From the NCBI RefSeq assembly GCF_965228805.1, contig NZ_CBDDIE010000003.1, positions 511,445 to 575,444 of the forward strand: 64,000 bases of DNA, given 5' to 3'. Shown piece by piece: positions 1-10,043 of the stretch. Numbering within the stretch: position 1 is the first letter of the stretch; each line of letters begins with the position of its first letter. The notes under the pieces were generated by a model. That model was not told where the DNA came from. It was given only the letters and a program-made list of their open reading frames with translations, and did not search any database. Both the position numbers and the translations under genes were made by a program. Origin of the DNA: Aliiroseovarius sp. (GTDB lineage Bacteria; Pseudomonadota; Alphaproteobacteria; Rhodobacterales; Rhodobacteraceae).

Positions 1-34
1 TTGGTGTCATTCATGGCGAGGTCTCGGAGGTCTC

Positions 35-604
35 ATGTCTATCATTCGGTCTGCCCTGCTTTATACGGCGCTGGTGCTGGGTGCAAATGTTGCGATGGCG
101 GATATGGCCAGTATCGAAGCCCTGCGCGAAGGGTCGATGAAGAAGCTGATCTTTCTGTCGGAGCCGAAACCGGCCAGCGACGTGGTGTTCACGGACGCGG
201 ACGGGGGGGAGCATACGCTGGCCGAATACCAGGGCCAGGTGGTGGTGCTGAACTTCTGGGCGACTTGGTGTGCGCCCTGCCGCAAGGAAATGCCCGCGCT
301 GGACGCGTTGCAGCAGGAGCTTGGCGGAGAGGATTTCCAGGTCGTCACCATCGCCACCGGGCGCAACAAGCTGCCGGCGATCCGAAACTTCTTTGACGAG
401 GCCGGGGTCACCGCCCTGCCGATCCTTCTGGATCCACGCCAGGCGTTGGCGCGCGAGATGCGCGTGCTCGGCCTGCCCGCCACCGTCGTTCTGGATCGCG
501 ACGGGCAAGAGATCGCTCGGATGATCGGCGACGCCGAATGGGATTCGGACAGCGCCAAGGCGATCCTGCGCGCACTGATCGCAGTGGCGCCCGCCGAAAG
601 CTAA
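35..604 (+). CDS. TlpA/ResA-family periplasmic thiol:disulfide oxidoreductase (thioredoxin fold)
   Basis: Thioredoxin active site WCAPC inside 'FWATWCAPCRKEMPAL'. N-terminal signal peptide (MSIIRSALLYTALVLGANVAMA). Length is typical for CcmG/TlpA-like proteins. ORF 1..396 in another frame is spurious. Confidence 0.8.
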   Translation: MSIIRSALLYTALVLGANVAMADMASIEALREGSMKKLIFLSEPKPASDVVFTDADGGEHTLAEYQGQVVVLNFWATWCAPCRKEMPALDALQQELGGEDFQVVTIATGRNKLPAIRNFFDEAGVTALPILLDPRQALAREMRVLGLPATVVLDRDGQEIARMIGDAEWDSDSAKAILRALIAVAPAES

Positions 605-666
605 CCTACCGGAAAGCGGGGTGCTCCCGCCCCCTGCCAGCGCCTGCGGCTTGTCAGGCGTTGGGC

Positions 667-960
667 GTAGCGCGTTTTGCATTGCAAAACGCGCGGAGGG
701 CGACAGCGGGCTCTGCCCGCGAGAGCCGCGTAGCTTGCGGAGGGCGACAGCGGGCTCTGCCCGCGAGAGCCGCGTAGCTTGCGGAGGGCGACAGCGGGCT
801 CTGCCCGCGAGAGCCGCGTAGCTTGCGGAGGGCGACAGTGGGCTCTGCCCGCGAGAGCCGCGTAGCTTGCGGAGGGCGACAGTGGGCTCTGCCCGCGATA
901 GCCGCGTAGCTTGCGGAGGGCGGCAGCGGTGCTTGCACCGCGAGAGCTGCGTAACCAGTT
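667..960. repeat. Intergenic tandem repeat, 44-bp unit x ~5-6 copies (gcgtagcttgcggagggcgacagcgggctctgcccgcgagagcc) with degenerate flanking copies out to ~1080
   Basis: Direct reading: identical 44-nt units begin at 728, 772, 816 and 860 (one A/G and one C/T variant). Modified copies sit at 667, 904 and 1014. Each unit contains the short hairpin gcgggctctgcccgc. Confidence 0.85.
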
Positions 961-1286
961 TCGCTTTGCGAAACTGGCGGCCCCTAATAGCGGTGCTGAC
1001 CATCGCGAGAAGGCGTAGCGCTTTTCACCGGGGCGAAAAGCGTGGGGGGCTCTGCCCCCGCCTTCGGCTCCCCCGAGTTTTTTCGGAAAGATGAAGAGCG
1101 AGACACACTATTTATGTGGCGCCCCGCCCCCGGCGCGGCGGGGCGGGGTGGCACCCGGCCGCGTCCTTCGTGACGGCGCAAAGGGTGGGAGCCGCGGCGG
1201 GGGCGGCGGGGGCACCTGACCTCACGGCACCGTTGACGAGGCGGCCGCCAAGCCGCTCATATCTCCCCTCAAAGGGGAGGAGAGCG

Positions 1287-1679
1287 ATGCCGTTGGAGGT
1301 TCTGGCATCCATTGTCGTGGTCGGTCTGGCCGCGATCTGGATCATGATGCGTTTCATGGGGTTCGACCGGGAGCTGCGCTTTGCGGACGAGGCCGTGGCG
1401 CGCGCGGAATGGGCAGCTGACAACCCGACCGCGCCGCCGCTGGACATCATCGTGGCCGAGAGCGGCAAGGCCGCGCTGGTGCGCAACAAGCGCGGCTTGG
1501 GTCTGATCTGGACCATGGGGCTGGACACCGCGAGCCATGACCTGGCTGGCGCCGTCCCGCGCCCGCATCCCAAGGGGCTGCGCGTGGTTCTACACGATTT
1601 CGCCGCGCCCTCGGTCCTGGTCGAACTGACCCCCGACGAGATCCCGACCTGGCATCAAATGATCGAGGAGGCCGCATGA
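1287..1679 (+). CDS. Hypothetical membrane-anchored protein (N-terminal TM helix)
   Basis: ATG at 1287 is preceded by GGGGAGGAG. One predicted TM segment (VLASIVVVGLAAIWIMMRF). Its stop overlaps the start of the next gene (ATGA). The longer upstream extension of ORF 1116..1679 is GC-rich and lacks an RBS. Confidence 0.5.
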   Translation: MPLEVLASIVVVGLAAIWIMMRFMGFDRELRFADEAVARAEWAADNPTAPPLDIIVAESGKAALVRNKRGLGLIWTMGLDTASHDLAGAVPRPHPKGLRVVLHDFAAPSVLVELTPDEIPTWHQMIEEAA

Positions 1680-2605
1680 GCTACCCTGACGTGGTGAACT
1701 ACGCAGTGCCCGGTTTTGTGGCGCTGATCGTGATCGAGATGGTCTGGATCTTCGTCAAGAAACGCGGCGGGCGGTACGAGTCGAAGGACGCGATGACCTC
1801 GCTGGCAATGGGCGTCGGCAATGTGGTGGCCGGGATCATCCTGGGCTTCATCACCTACGGGTTCTTCATGTTCCTTTGGCGCCTCACGCCGCTGGACCTG
1901 GGCCATGCCTGGTGGGTCATTGCGCTCTGTTTCGTGCTGGACGACCTGCGCTATTACTGGGTGCATCGTTTCGGCCACCGTATCCGCTGGGTCTGGGCCA
2001 GCCATGTGAACCACCATTCAAGCCAGCATTACAACCTGACCACGGCGCTCAGGCAGACCTGGACCGGCACCTTTACCCTGATGATGGTGGTGCGCGCGCC
2101 GCTGGTGCTGATGGGGTTCCACCCGGCGATGATCTTCTTTGTCGGCGGGCTGAACCTGATCTATCAGTTCTGGATCCACACCGAAGCCATCGACAAATGC
2201 CCGCGCTGGTTCGAGGCCGTGATGAACACGCCGAGCCACCACCGGGTGCACCACGGGCGCAATGCACGCTACCTGGACGCCAATTACGCGGGCGTCTTCA
2301 TCATCTGGGACAGGATGTTCGGCACTTTCGTGCCCGAACAGGAGAGCGAGCCGGTGGACTATGGTCTGGTGCACAATATCGGCACGTTTAACCCGATCCG
2401 CGTGGCTTTTCACGAGTGGGTCGCGATCGCGCGCGATTGGAGGCAGCCCGGGGTCACCTGGAAGGATCGCTGGAATTACGCCGTGCGCCCGCCGGGGTGG
2501 CGCCATGACGGGCGGGGCGGCTCGACCGAAATGCTGAAACGACTGGATGTGAAGCGGAACCCGGAGAAGGCGGGCACGCCGGGGTTCGAGCCTGAACGGA
2601 TGTAG
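1676..2605 (+). CDS. Fatty acid hydroxylase / sterol desaturase superfamily membrane protein
   Basis: Histidine boxes HRFGHRIRWVWASHVNHHSSQHYN and HHRVHHGR. Multiple TM helices. Translationally coupled to the upstream ORF. Confidence 0.8.
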   Translation: MSYPDVVNYAVPGFVALIVIEMVWIFVKKRGGRYESKDAMTSLAMGVGNVVAGIILGFITYGFFMFLWRLTPLDLGHAWWVIALCFVLDDLRYYWVHRFGHRIRWVWASHVNHHSSQHYNLTTALRQTWTGTFTLMMVVRAPLVLMGFHPAMIFFVGGLNLIYQFWIHTEAIDKCPRWFEAVMNTPSHHRVHHGRNARYLDANYAGVFIIWDRMFGTFVPEQESEPVDYGLVHNIGTFNPIRVAFHEWVAIARDWRQPGVTWKDRWNYAVRPPGWRHDGRGGSTEMLKRLDVKRNPEKAGTPGFEPERM

Positions 2606-2706
2606 GCACACCTCCCGCAATGCGAAAGGCCGCCCCGGTGACGGAGCGGCCCTTTGATTTCACCACGCGCCTGGGAGGGAGGCGCGTGGTGGGGTCTGAT
2701 CGGCGA

Positions 2707-2934
2707 TCACTTCAGCAGAGCGCGCACGATCTGGCGTTTCTCACCTTCGCTGTCGCCCGAGTGGATGGCGTTCAGAACCTTGCGCACCTGGGTGTCCGAG
2801 AGGCTCTCGACGGCAACGCTGTTCGGCACGTAGTTGCTGATCGCGTGCAGGTCGGCGGAGGTGACCGAAGCGGCCTGGGCGGCGCCAGCCAGAGTAACCA
2901 GGGCAAGGGCGGAGGTGGCGATGATGCGTTTCAT
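2707..2934 (-). CDS. Small secreted hypothetical protein (75 aa, signal peptide)
   Basis: Starts MKRIIATSALALVTLAGAAQAAS (Sec signal). The rest of ORF 2707..3210 upstream of this Met has no coding character. Followed by ~470 nt of non-coding sequence. Confidence 0.45.
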   Translation of the reverse strand: MKRIIATSALALVTLAGAAQAASVTSADLHAISNYVPNSVAVESLSDTQVRKVLNAIHSGDSEGEKRQIVRALLK

Positions 2935-3408
2935 TTCAGTGTTCCTTTCGAGTGGGGGCACAGGGCCCGTGGGAGTGTGTTTCTTGCTGGGCTGTCTGCC
3001 CGACACCAGACAAACTGGGGTTGGAAAATCCGGTTTCAAACTCACGGAGCGCTCGCAATTGCTCACGCGGTTGTGCCCTTGAAAACAAGGCCTGTCAGAC
3101 AGGGCATTGTGCCTTTCTGCACAGGCTATGTGCGGCTCAAGCAGGGCTGAAAACATGGGGTTTTGCGGGGTGTAGGAAAGCTCACACGCAGGAGCGGAAA
3201 TCAGGTGCAAAAAAATCGATCACAAAAAGTTTTTGGCGGCAGAAAAACGAAATGTTGCGACGCCCTCCGCCTTGCGTGAGCGGGCGTGACCGCAACGGGG
3301 GGGGACCGGCCTGCAGAAGCTTGCTCAAACCATGGCAGGCCCCTGTTCCCGTCGACCCATCGCGCCTATGCTGGCCTCAAATCCATGGTTCAGTGACGAG
3401 GGTGCAGC

Positions 3409-4605
3409 ATGCGAGTTGACAGGCGACAGGTCGTTTTGGGGGCTTTGGCGGGCGCCGGTTTCGGCGTTGCCTCGCCCCTTTGGGCGCAGGCGGGGTTCGA
3501 CGCCTGGCTGGGCGGGTTTCGTGCCCGCGCCCGGGCGGCGGGCATCCGGAGGGCGACCCTGGACAAGGGGCTGGCCGGTGCACGTTACCTGCCCAAGGTA
3601 ATCGAGCTGGACCAGCGCCAGGCGGAGGTGGCGAAGCCGATGCAGGACTACCTGGCCTCGGCGGCCTCGTCGGCGCGGATCACCGGCGGGCAGCGGGCGT
3701 TGCACAAATGGGGCGACACGCTCGGCCGGATCGAGAAACGTACCGGCGTGCCTGCCGAGGTCGTGGTGGCGATCTGGGGCATGGAAAGCAGTTTCGGTGG
3801 GTTTCGCGGATCGCAGCCGGTGATCTCGGTGCTCGCCACGCTGGCCTTCGAGGGGCGCCGGGCCGGGCGGTTCGAAGACGAGCTGATTGCCGCGCTGAAG
3901 ATCCTGCAGAAGGGCCACGCGAGCCCCGGCCAGATGGTCGGCAGCCACGCAGGCGCGATGGGGCATACGCAGTTCATGCCCTCGACCTACCTGGCCCATG
4001 CGGTGGATGGCACGGGCGATGGAACGCGCGACATCTGGGGGAATGATCCGCGCGATGCGCTGGCCTCGACGGCGGCCTATCTGAAGGCTTTGGGATGGCG
4101 CAAGGGCCAGCCCTGGGGTGTTGAGGTCGCCCTGCCTGCTGGGTTCGATCCGGGGCTGACCGGGCGGGTTCTGAAACGCAGCCGCAAGGACTGGACCGGG
4201 TTGGGCGTGCGCCTGGCGGATGGCGGGACGTTGCCGGATCATGGCAAGGGCGGGATCATCCTGCCCGCGGGCCCGCGTGGTCCTGCCTTCATGATCTGGG
4301 AGAACTTCCAGGTGCTGAAGGGCTACAATTATGCCGACAGCTATGTGATCGGGGTCGGCCACCTGTCGGATCGCATTGCGGGCGGCGGGCCGATCCGGTC
4401 GGGCTTTCCCGACCGGCCCTGGGGCATGACCACGGACCAGCGCATGGCGCTGCAACGGCGGCTGAACGCGGCGGGGTTCAATGCGGGCAATCCGGACGGG
4501 GTGATTGGCGAGAAAGGCCGCGCGGCGATCCGGGCCTATGAGGCGAGCCGGGGGCTGCGCGAAACCGGGGTGCCGTCTGTGGCGCTGCTAGAGGCGCTGA
4601 ACTAA
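3409..4605 (+). CDS. Lytic murein transglycosylase (MltB/SLT family 2) with C-terminal peptidoglycan-binding domain
   Basis: N-terminal signal. Transglycosylase motifs (EVVVAIWGMESSFG, GAMGHTQFMPSTY). C-terminal PG_binding_1-like repeat (QRRLNAAGFNAGNPDGVIGEKGRAAIRAYE). Confidence 0.8.
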   Translation: MRVDRRQVVLGALAGAGFGVASPLWAQAGFDAWLGGFRARARAAGIRRATLDKGLAGARYLPKVIELDQRQAEVAKPMQDYLASAASSARITGGQRALHKWGDTLGRIEKRTGVPAEVVVAIWGMESSFGGFRGSQPVISVLATLAFEGRRAGRFEDELIAALKILQKGHASPGQMVGSHAGAMGHTQFMPSTYLAHAVDGTGDGTRDIWGNDPRDALASTAAYLKALGWRKGQPWGVEVALPAGFDPGLTGRVLKRSRKDWTGLGVRLADGGTLPDHGKGGIILPAGPRGPAFMIWENFQVLKGYNYADSYVIGVGHLSDRIAGGGPIRSGFPDRPWGMTTDQRMALQRRLNAAGFNAGNPDGVIGEKGRAAIRAYEASRGLRETGVPSVALLEALN

Positions 4606-5792
4606 CGCAGGCGCAGCATCAGGCTGCCCAGCGCCAGAACCCCGGCCCCACCCGCCAGACCAAGCGTGGCGGGAAAGCCGATCAGCTCGACCATCACGCC
4701 CAGGGCCCCTGCCCCGGCCGCCGCGGCACCGATGCCGACCATGGCCCAGAGGCTCATCACCCGGCCACGCAGGTCGTCATCCAGCCCCATCTGCACCGTG
4801 GTCTGCATGGAAATCCCGGAGACAGAGCTGGCAAAGCCCAGCCCGGTGACAATGGCCAGCGTCAGCGCCCAGCTGCCGGACTGGCCCATCACCATGACCG
4901 CGCCCATGCCGATCAGCGTCAGGGCCAGGGCCCAGCGTGGCAGTTTTCCTTCAGCCTGCGCAGGCGTCAGCGCCTTGATGAACCCGGCCACCAGCGCACC
5001 GGCACCGGCGCAGGCGGTCAGCACACCCAGACCGGCGGGGCCTTTCGAAAAGATACCGTCGGCGACGACCGGCAGGATTTCGAGCGCGCCGCGAATGACA
5101 AAGGCGAAGATGCCGGTGGCGAGGATCGCGTGGCGGATATGCGGCACACGGGCTGCGTGACGGATGCCATCCCCCAACGCCTCAAGGAACGGTGGCTTCG
5201 CCCCGCGCCGGGTCTTTTCGCGGGGCTTGAGCGCGCTCAAGGCCAGAAGGAACGGCAGATAGCAGATCACCTGCAACACCATCACCGCACCGATGCCCCA
5301 ACCGGCGATGATCCAGCCCGCCAGCGCCGGGCCGATCAGCCGCGCCATGTTGAAGTTGATCGCCACCAGCGCCACCACCGAGGGCACCGCGGGCGGCGGC
5401 ACCAGGCGCGGCGCCAGCGACATGCGCACCGGATTGTGGGCCGAGGCCACGATGCCATGGGCAAAGGAGATCAGTGCCAGGATCAGCGGAGAGATCACCC
5501 CGGTGACCCAGTACAGCAGCAGCAGGCTGGCCAGCACCAGCATCGATCCCTGTGTCGCCATGGCCGCCAGCTTGACCCGCACCCGATCCACCAACACGCC
5601 AAAGAACGGCCCGGTAATCATCGAGGGCGCAAAGCTGAGGAAGGCAACCAGCCCCACGAAACTGGGCGCGCCGGTCATTTCCCAGGCCAGCCACCCTACC
5701 GTCAGGCGCTGCATCCACAGCCCGTTCAGGGCAAAGGCATTGCCCAGGAAATAGAGCCGGAAGTCGCGGTGCTTGAGCGCGGTAATGTTCAT
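4602..5792 (-). CDS. MFS transporter
   Basis: Twelve predicted TM helices. MFS N-terminal motif region (MNITALKHRDFRLYFLGNAFALNG). Start chosen at the Met after the GC-rich non-coding extension. Confidence 0.75.
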   Translation of the reverse strand: MNITALKHRDFRLYFLGNAFALNGLWMQRLTVGWLAWEMTGAPSFVGLVAFLSFAPSMITGPFFGVLVDRVRVKLAAMATQGSMLVLASLLLLYWVTGVISPLILALISFAHGIVASAHNPVRMSLAPRLVPPPAVPSVVALVAINFNMARLIGPALAGWIIAGWGIGAVMVLQVICYLPFLLALSALKPREKTRRGAKPPFLEALGDGIRHAARVPHIRHAILATGIFAFVIRGALEILPVVADGIFSKGPAGLGVLTACAGAGALVAGFIKALTPAQAEGKLPRWALALTLIGMGAVMVMGQSGSWALTLAIVTGLGFASSVSGISMQTTVQMGLDDDLRGRVMSLWAMVGIGAAAAGAGALGVMVELIGFPATLGLAGGAGVLALGSLMLRLR

Positions 5793-5805
5793 GGGTCCAC
5801 CTGAA

Positions 5806-5838
5806 AAGAAAAGGGCCGGTCGCCCGGCCCTGTCCGTG
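5806..5838 (-). terminator. Rho-independent terminator downstream of trpB
   Basis: Minus-strand transcript forms hairpin gggccgggcgaccggccc followed by a U-run (plus strand: aaaagaaaagggccggtcgcccggccc). Confidence 0.5.
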
Positions 5839-5845
5839 TCTGCGC

Positions 5846-7078
5846 TTAGTCGCCGCGCACCATGTCGACGCCCAGGTGTTTGGCGACGGTAAAGATGTCC
5901 TTGTCGCCGCGTCCACACATGTTCATGCAGATGATGTGATCGGCGGGCAGCTCTGGTGCGATCTTCATCACATGGGCCAGCGCGTGGGAGGGCTCCAGCG
6001 CCGGGATAATCCCTTCGGTCGTGCAGCAAAGCTGGAACGCCTCCAGCGCCTCGGTGTCGGTGATGGCGACATATTCGGCGCGGCCGATCTCGTGCAGCCA
6101 GGAATGTTCCGGCCCGATGCCCGGGTAGTCCAGACCGGCCGAGATCGAGTGGCCCTCCAGGATCTGCCCGTCCTCGTCCTGCAACAGGTAAGTGCGGTTG
6201 CCATGCAGCACGCCGGGACGGCCACCGGTGAGCGAGGCGCAGTGTTCCATCTTCATGTCGACGCCCTTGCCGCCCGCTTCGACACCGATGATGCGCACGC
6301 TTTCGTCGTCGAGGAACGGGAAGAACAGGCCCATGGCGTTGGAGCCGCCGCCGATCGCGGCGATCACCGTGTCGGGCAGCCGATCCTCGGCCGCCAGCAT
6401 CTGCGCCTTGGCTTCCTTGCCGATGATCGCCTGAAAATCGCGCACCATGGCCGGGTACGGGTGCGGCCCCGCCACCGTGCCGATGCAGTAGAACGTGTCG
6501 CGCACGTTCGTCACCCAGTCGCGCAACGCGTCGTTCATCGCGTCCTTCAGCGTGCCGCGCCCGGAGGTCACCGGAATGACCTCGGCGCCCAGCAGCTTCA
6601 TGCGGAACACGTTGGGCGCCTGACGCTCGACATCATGGGCGCCCATGTAGACGATGCATTTCAGACCGAACTTGGCGCAGACCGTGGCGGTGGCCACACC
6701 GTGCTGACCCGCGCCGGTCTCGGCAATGATGCGGGTCTTGCCCATGCGGCGGGCCAGAAGGATCTGCCCCAGCACATTGTTGATCTTGTGCGCGCCGGTG
6801 TGGTTCAGCTCGTCGCGTTTCAGGTAGATCTTGGCCCCGCCCAGGTGCTTGGTCAGCCCCTCGGCATAATAAAGCGGCGAGGGGCGGCCCACGTAATGGG
6901 TCCAGAGGTCATCCATCTCGGCCCAGAACGTGTCGTCGGTCTTGGCCTTCTCGTATTCCGCCTCGAGATCCAGGATCAGCGGCATCAGGGTTTCGGACAC
7001 GAACCGACCACCGAAATCGCCGAAACGGCCTTTCTCATCCGGGCCGTTCATGAAGGAATTGAAAAGATCGTTCGCCAT
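5846..7078 (-). CDS. trpB: Tryptophan synthase beta chain
   Basis: Full-length match to the TrpB family (…[11 protein letters not shown]… PLP-lysine region, GGGSNAMG). Confidence 0.97.
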   Translation of the reverse strand: MANDLFNSFMNGPDEKGRFGDFGGRFVSETLMPLILDLEAEYEKAKTDDTFWAEMDDLWTHYVGRPSPLYYAEGLTKHLGGAKIYLKRDELNHTGAHKINNVLGQILLARRMGKTRIIAETGAGQHGVATATVCAKFGLKCIVYMGAHDVERQAPNVFRMKLLGAEVIPVTSGRGTLKDAMNDALRDWVTNVRDTFYCIGTVAGPHPYPAMVRDFQAIIGKEAKAQMLAAEDRLPDTVIAAIGGGSNAMGLFFPFLDDESVRIIGVEAGGKGVDMKMEHCASLTGGRPGVLHGNRTYLLQDEDGQILEGHSISAGLDYPGIGPEHSWLHEIGRAEYVAITDTEALEAFQLCCTTEGIIPALEPSHALAHVMKIAPELPADHIICMNMCGRGDKDIFTVAKHLGVDMVRGD

Positions 7079-7132
7079 TGGGGCCTCCTGCTGGTCAGAA
7101 CGGGGATAATGGGCCGGGGGCCGGGGGGCAAG

Positions 7133-7474
7133 TCAGTCTTGCAGAAAAGCGGGACAGGCCACGCGGGTCAGGGCGCCGATGCAGGTGACGGTGTCGCGGC
7201 CGGGCCACCGGGCTTCGATGCGGGTGTAGAAGAGCTCATCCTCGACATCGAGGCTGACGAACTGGCGCAACAGGTCCACGCAGGCCGCGCGGTTCGACTT
7301 GCACAGGCCCAGAAGGAGCTGCCCGCCGCTGTTTGTCGGATCAATCCCGGCGCCGTCCTCGATCTGGGCCGCAAGACGCTCGCGCAGCAGCCGGTCCACA
7401 TCTGCGTCGGAAGGCTTGGTGACAAAGGCTGCGACAAGAAGAGCAACCAGGCAGATGAGAGCAAGTCTCAGCAT
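7133..7474 (-). CDS. Hypothetical secreted protein (113 aa, 4 Cys)
   Basis: N-terminal signal/TM (MLRLALICLVALLVAAFV). No recognisable domain. Confidence 0.45.
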   Translation of the reverse strand: MLRLALICLVALLVAAFVTKPSDADVDRLLRERLAAQIEDGAGIDPTNSGGQLLLGLCKSNRAACVDLLRQFVSLDVEDELFYTRIEARWPGRDTVTCIGALTRVACPAFLQD

Positions 7475-7514
7475 GATGTTCCGGCTCCAACGTTAGGAAT
7501 GAGTATAGGTGCAG

Positions 7515-8516
7515 TCATGCAAGCCCTTCGAGAAGGCGCTTCATCTGCTTGCGGCCATGCGAAAACCGGGGCAACCGCCTGGCCCAGTTCGTGAAATCCG
7601 CCCGGACGCTCGTGGAGAAGTCCAGGATGTCCTGAACGGTTTCAAAGACCACGGCCCCTTGCGGCGGGATTTCCGGCGCGAACTTCCGCCCCATGCGCGC
7701 TTCGACCCAGGCAATGTCGGAGGCATTCTCGACGAGCGCCGGGCTGACGACCTCCTCGCCCAGATCAAACCGTGTCGACCCGAACTTCGCAATCGCATGC
7801 GGAAAGGCGCGCCTTCGGCCATGCTCGCGCGGTTCGCCGCGTTCTTCCTGGCGACACCGCCATTCAAAGAGCGTTGCGAAGGCTTCCGCAGAAATGGAGG
7901 GGTTCAGCTCCTTTCCCGCGGGCAGGTCGGCAGGGTCGAAGCCGACGCGACGCGCGAAATCCGTCAACACGTCCTGCCCCTCCAACCTGTCCCGTTCGAA
8001 GGGAATCAGGGTCATATGGTCTGCCCCGAGGGCCTTTTCCCATTTTTCAAACCGCTTGCCGTAGCCGGGCCAAAGGGCGGCGCCCGAAAATTGCGTGAAG
8101 CCGACCTTGACCCGTTGCTGCGCCTGCGACCGCATATAGCTGCGGGGAGGCCGGATATAGGCGAGCGCCTGGACCTGGTCGAAATGCGGCGACATCGCGC
8201 AGAGCAGGTCGGTCACTTTCTCAGGGGGCAGCATCTGCGGGAACCCTTCGCCCGAGATCACCACATCGCGCCGGTCGCGACCAAGTTCGTGGTCCAGGTC
8301 CTTGCGCGTGATTTGCGGGCGCACGGGCTTTCCCCCGGCAAAGTAGTTTTCCCGCTGCTGTTCCTCGCCGAACAGCTGGATCATCGCAGGCGTGTGGTTC
8401 GGCATGCCAAGCGAAAAATAGCGCACGCGGTCGTTCTGTACGCCGGACAGGCCGTTCTGGATCGTGGTTGACCCGGTCTTGTTCATGCCCAGGTGCAGAA
8501 AGAGCGTGCGCGTCAT
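7515..8516 (-). CDS. Hypothetical protein, possible sulfotransferase-like P-loop fold
   Basis: N-terminal '[13 protein letters not shown]' resembles the PAPS 5'-phosphosulfate-binding loop of sulfotransferases. The rest is not recognised. Start overlaps the trpF stop (operonic). Confidence 0.45.
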   Translation of the reverse strand: MTRTLFLHLGMNKTGSTTIQNGLSGVQNDRVRYFSLGMPNHTPAMIQLFGEEQQRENYFAGGKPVRPQITRKDLDHELGRDRRDVVISGEGFPQMLPPEKVTDLLCAMSPHFDQVQALAYIRPPRSYMRSQAQQRVKVGFTQFSGAALWPGYGKRFEKWEKALGADHMTLIPFERDRLEGQDVLTDFARRVGFDPADLPAGKELNPSISAEAFATLFEWRCRQEERGEPREHGRRRAFPHAIAKFGSTRFDLGEEVVSPALVENASDIAWVEARMGRKFAPEIPPQGAVVFETVQDILDFSTSVRADFTNWARRLPRFSHGRKQMKRLLEGLA

Positions 8517-9160
8517 TTTGCGCCCGTGGCCGCCGTCACGAACCGTGCGACCAGGCCCGCATCCTTTTCGCCCGGGGCGCTTTCCACGCCGGAACTCACG
8601 TCAACCTGGCGCGCGCCGGTGCGTTTGATCGCCTCGGCCACGTTGTCAGGATTGAGCCCTCCGGCCAGCAGCCATGGGCAGGGCCAGTATTTGCGCGCCA
8701 CGAGCGTCCAGTCAAAGGCCAGGCCGTTGCCACCCGGCAGCACGGCGCCCTTGGGCGCCTTGGCGTCGATCAAGAGCTGATCGGCCACCGGGGCGTAGAG
8801 GTCGATCTGCACCACGTCTGCGGCTTCCGCAATGCCGATCGCCTTGATCACGGGCAGGCCGAAGCGGTCCTTGACCTCGGCCACCCGTTCGGGGCTTTCG
8901 GCGCCATGCAGCTGGATCATGTCGGTGGTGGTGGCATCCAGAATGCGTGCGATCTGATCATCCGGGGCGTTCACCACCAGGGCGACCTTGGCCACGCCCA
9001 CGGGTACATCGAGCATCAGCGCGCCCGCCTCGGCGGGCGTCACGTAACGCGGGCTTTTCGGAAAGAAGTTGAAGCCGATATAGCGCGCGCCAGCCTCGGC
9101 CGCCGCCGCCACTTGCTCGGGCCGCTTGAGCCCGCAGATCTTGACCGAAATCTCCGCCAT
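8513..9160 (-). CDS. trpF: Phosphoribosylanthranilate isomerase
   Basis: ICGLK…[12 protein letters not shown]… is a typical TrpF (PRAI) sequence, ~215 aa. Confidence 0.9.
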   Translation of the reverse strand: MAEISVKICGLKRPEQVAAAAEAGARYIGFNFFPKSPRYVTPAEAGALMLDVPVGVAKVALVVNAPDDQIARILDATTTDMIQLHGAESPERVAEVKDRFGLPVIKAIGIAEAADVVQIDLYAPVADQLLIDAKAPKGAVLPGGNGLAFDWTLVARKYWPCPWLLAGGLNPDNVAEAIKRTGARQVDVSSGVESAPGEKDAGLVARFVTAATGAK

Positions 9161-9169
9161 GGGCGGTGT

Positions 9170-9520
9170 TTACCGCGCTTCCTCAAGCAAGGCCAGAACA
9201 TCGTCGCCGGTCTTGCTTTCGGGCGTCTTGATCGTCTTGACCTCACGCTCCAGCTTGGCGACCGAGCGCTTGGCCCGCGCCCCTTCGGCCCGGTGCTTGT
9301 GTTCGCGCAGCCACTCCCAGACGAAACCGATCAGCACGCCCGAGATGATCGCACCGAAAATGATGATGAAGAGCGGCAGCGTCACCGACCATGAGAAACC
9401 CAGGAAGCCGGTCAGCCCCTCGGGCAGCAGGTGCAGCGTCACCGCGCCGCGATTGGCCATGGCGACCGTGACCAGACAGACCGCCAAGGCGGCCAGGAAC
9501 GCATAGCGAATGTAACGCAT
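9170..9520 (-). CDS. LapA/DUF1049-like inner-membrane protein
   Basis: Two TM helices then a charged coiled tail. Conserved position immediately downstream of ihfB in alphaproteobacteria. Confidence 0.6.
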   Translation of the reverse strand: MRYIRYAFLAALAVCLVTVAMANRGAVTLHLLPEGLTGFLGFSWSVTLPLFIIIFGAIISGVLIGFVWEWLREHKHRAEGARAKRSVAKLEREVKTIKTPESKTGDDVLALLEEAR

Positions 9521-9529
9521 GAGAGCCTC

Positions 9530-9814
9530 TTACGACTTGCCGTTCAGACGATCCCGCAGAAGCTTGCCGGTCTTGAAGAAAGGCACGTGCTTTTCCTCGA
9601 CCTGGACCGACTCGCCGGTACGCGGGTTGCGCCCGATACGAGCATCCCGCTTCTTGACTGAAAAGGCGCCAAATCCGCGCAGCTCGACCCGATCCCCGCG
9701 GGCCATCGCTTCGATGATTTCTTCGAAAATCGTGTTCACGATGCGCTCGACGTCACGCTGATAGAGATGCGGATTCTCGTCCGCGATCTTCTGGATCAGT
9801 TCCGACCGGATCAT
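9530..9814 (-). CDS. ihfB: Integration host factor subunit beta
   Basis: [11 protein letters not shown]… [10 protein letters not shown]…RNPRTGE is the HU/IHF fold, 94 aa. Confidence 0.93.
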   Translation of the reverse strand: MIRSELIQKIADENPHLYQRDVERIVNTIFEEIIEAMARGDRVELRGFGAFSVKKRDARIGRNPRTGESVQVEEKHVPFFKTGKLLRDRLNGKS

Positions 9815-10043
9815 CCCATTCCCCCCATTCGACCTGTTTCGGCGCCTTTTGGGCAGTGCGCCGTTCCCATCAACTATAGGGACATATTTTCCACCGTGAA
9901 ACTGTGGCGTATGGGAAAGTTCGGATTTTTTGCGCCCAATATGCTGTTTTTTCTGCGCAAATGGGCGAGTTATCGCCGGAGACGGCGGTGATGCCGTCCC
10001 CGTGCCCGCGCCGCGCCGATTAGGCGCAGCCTTTGATTCGGCA

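Noticed and set aside
1-396. 131-aa plus-strand ORF at window start
   Set aside because: Alternative frame of the TlpA-family gene (35..604), which has a signal peptide and a WCAPC motif. This one is a Gly/Arg-rich compositional artefact.
11-1003. 330-aa minus-strand ORF (and nested ORFs 654..938, 538..777, 621..821) with internally repeated peptide RPPQATRLSRAEP…
   Set aside because: It is simply the translation of the 44-bp tandem repeat and overlaps the real TlpA-like gene on the other strand. No RBS or start context.
5876-7594. 572-aa plus-strand ORF
   Set aside because: Antisense shadow of trpB and the adjacent hypothetical.
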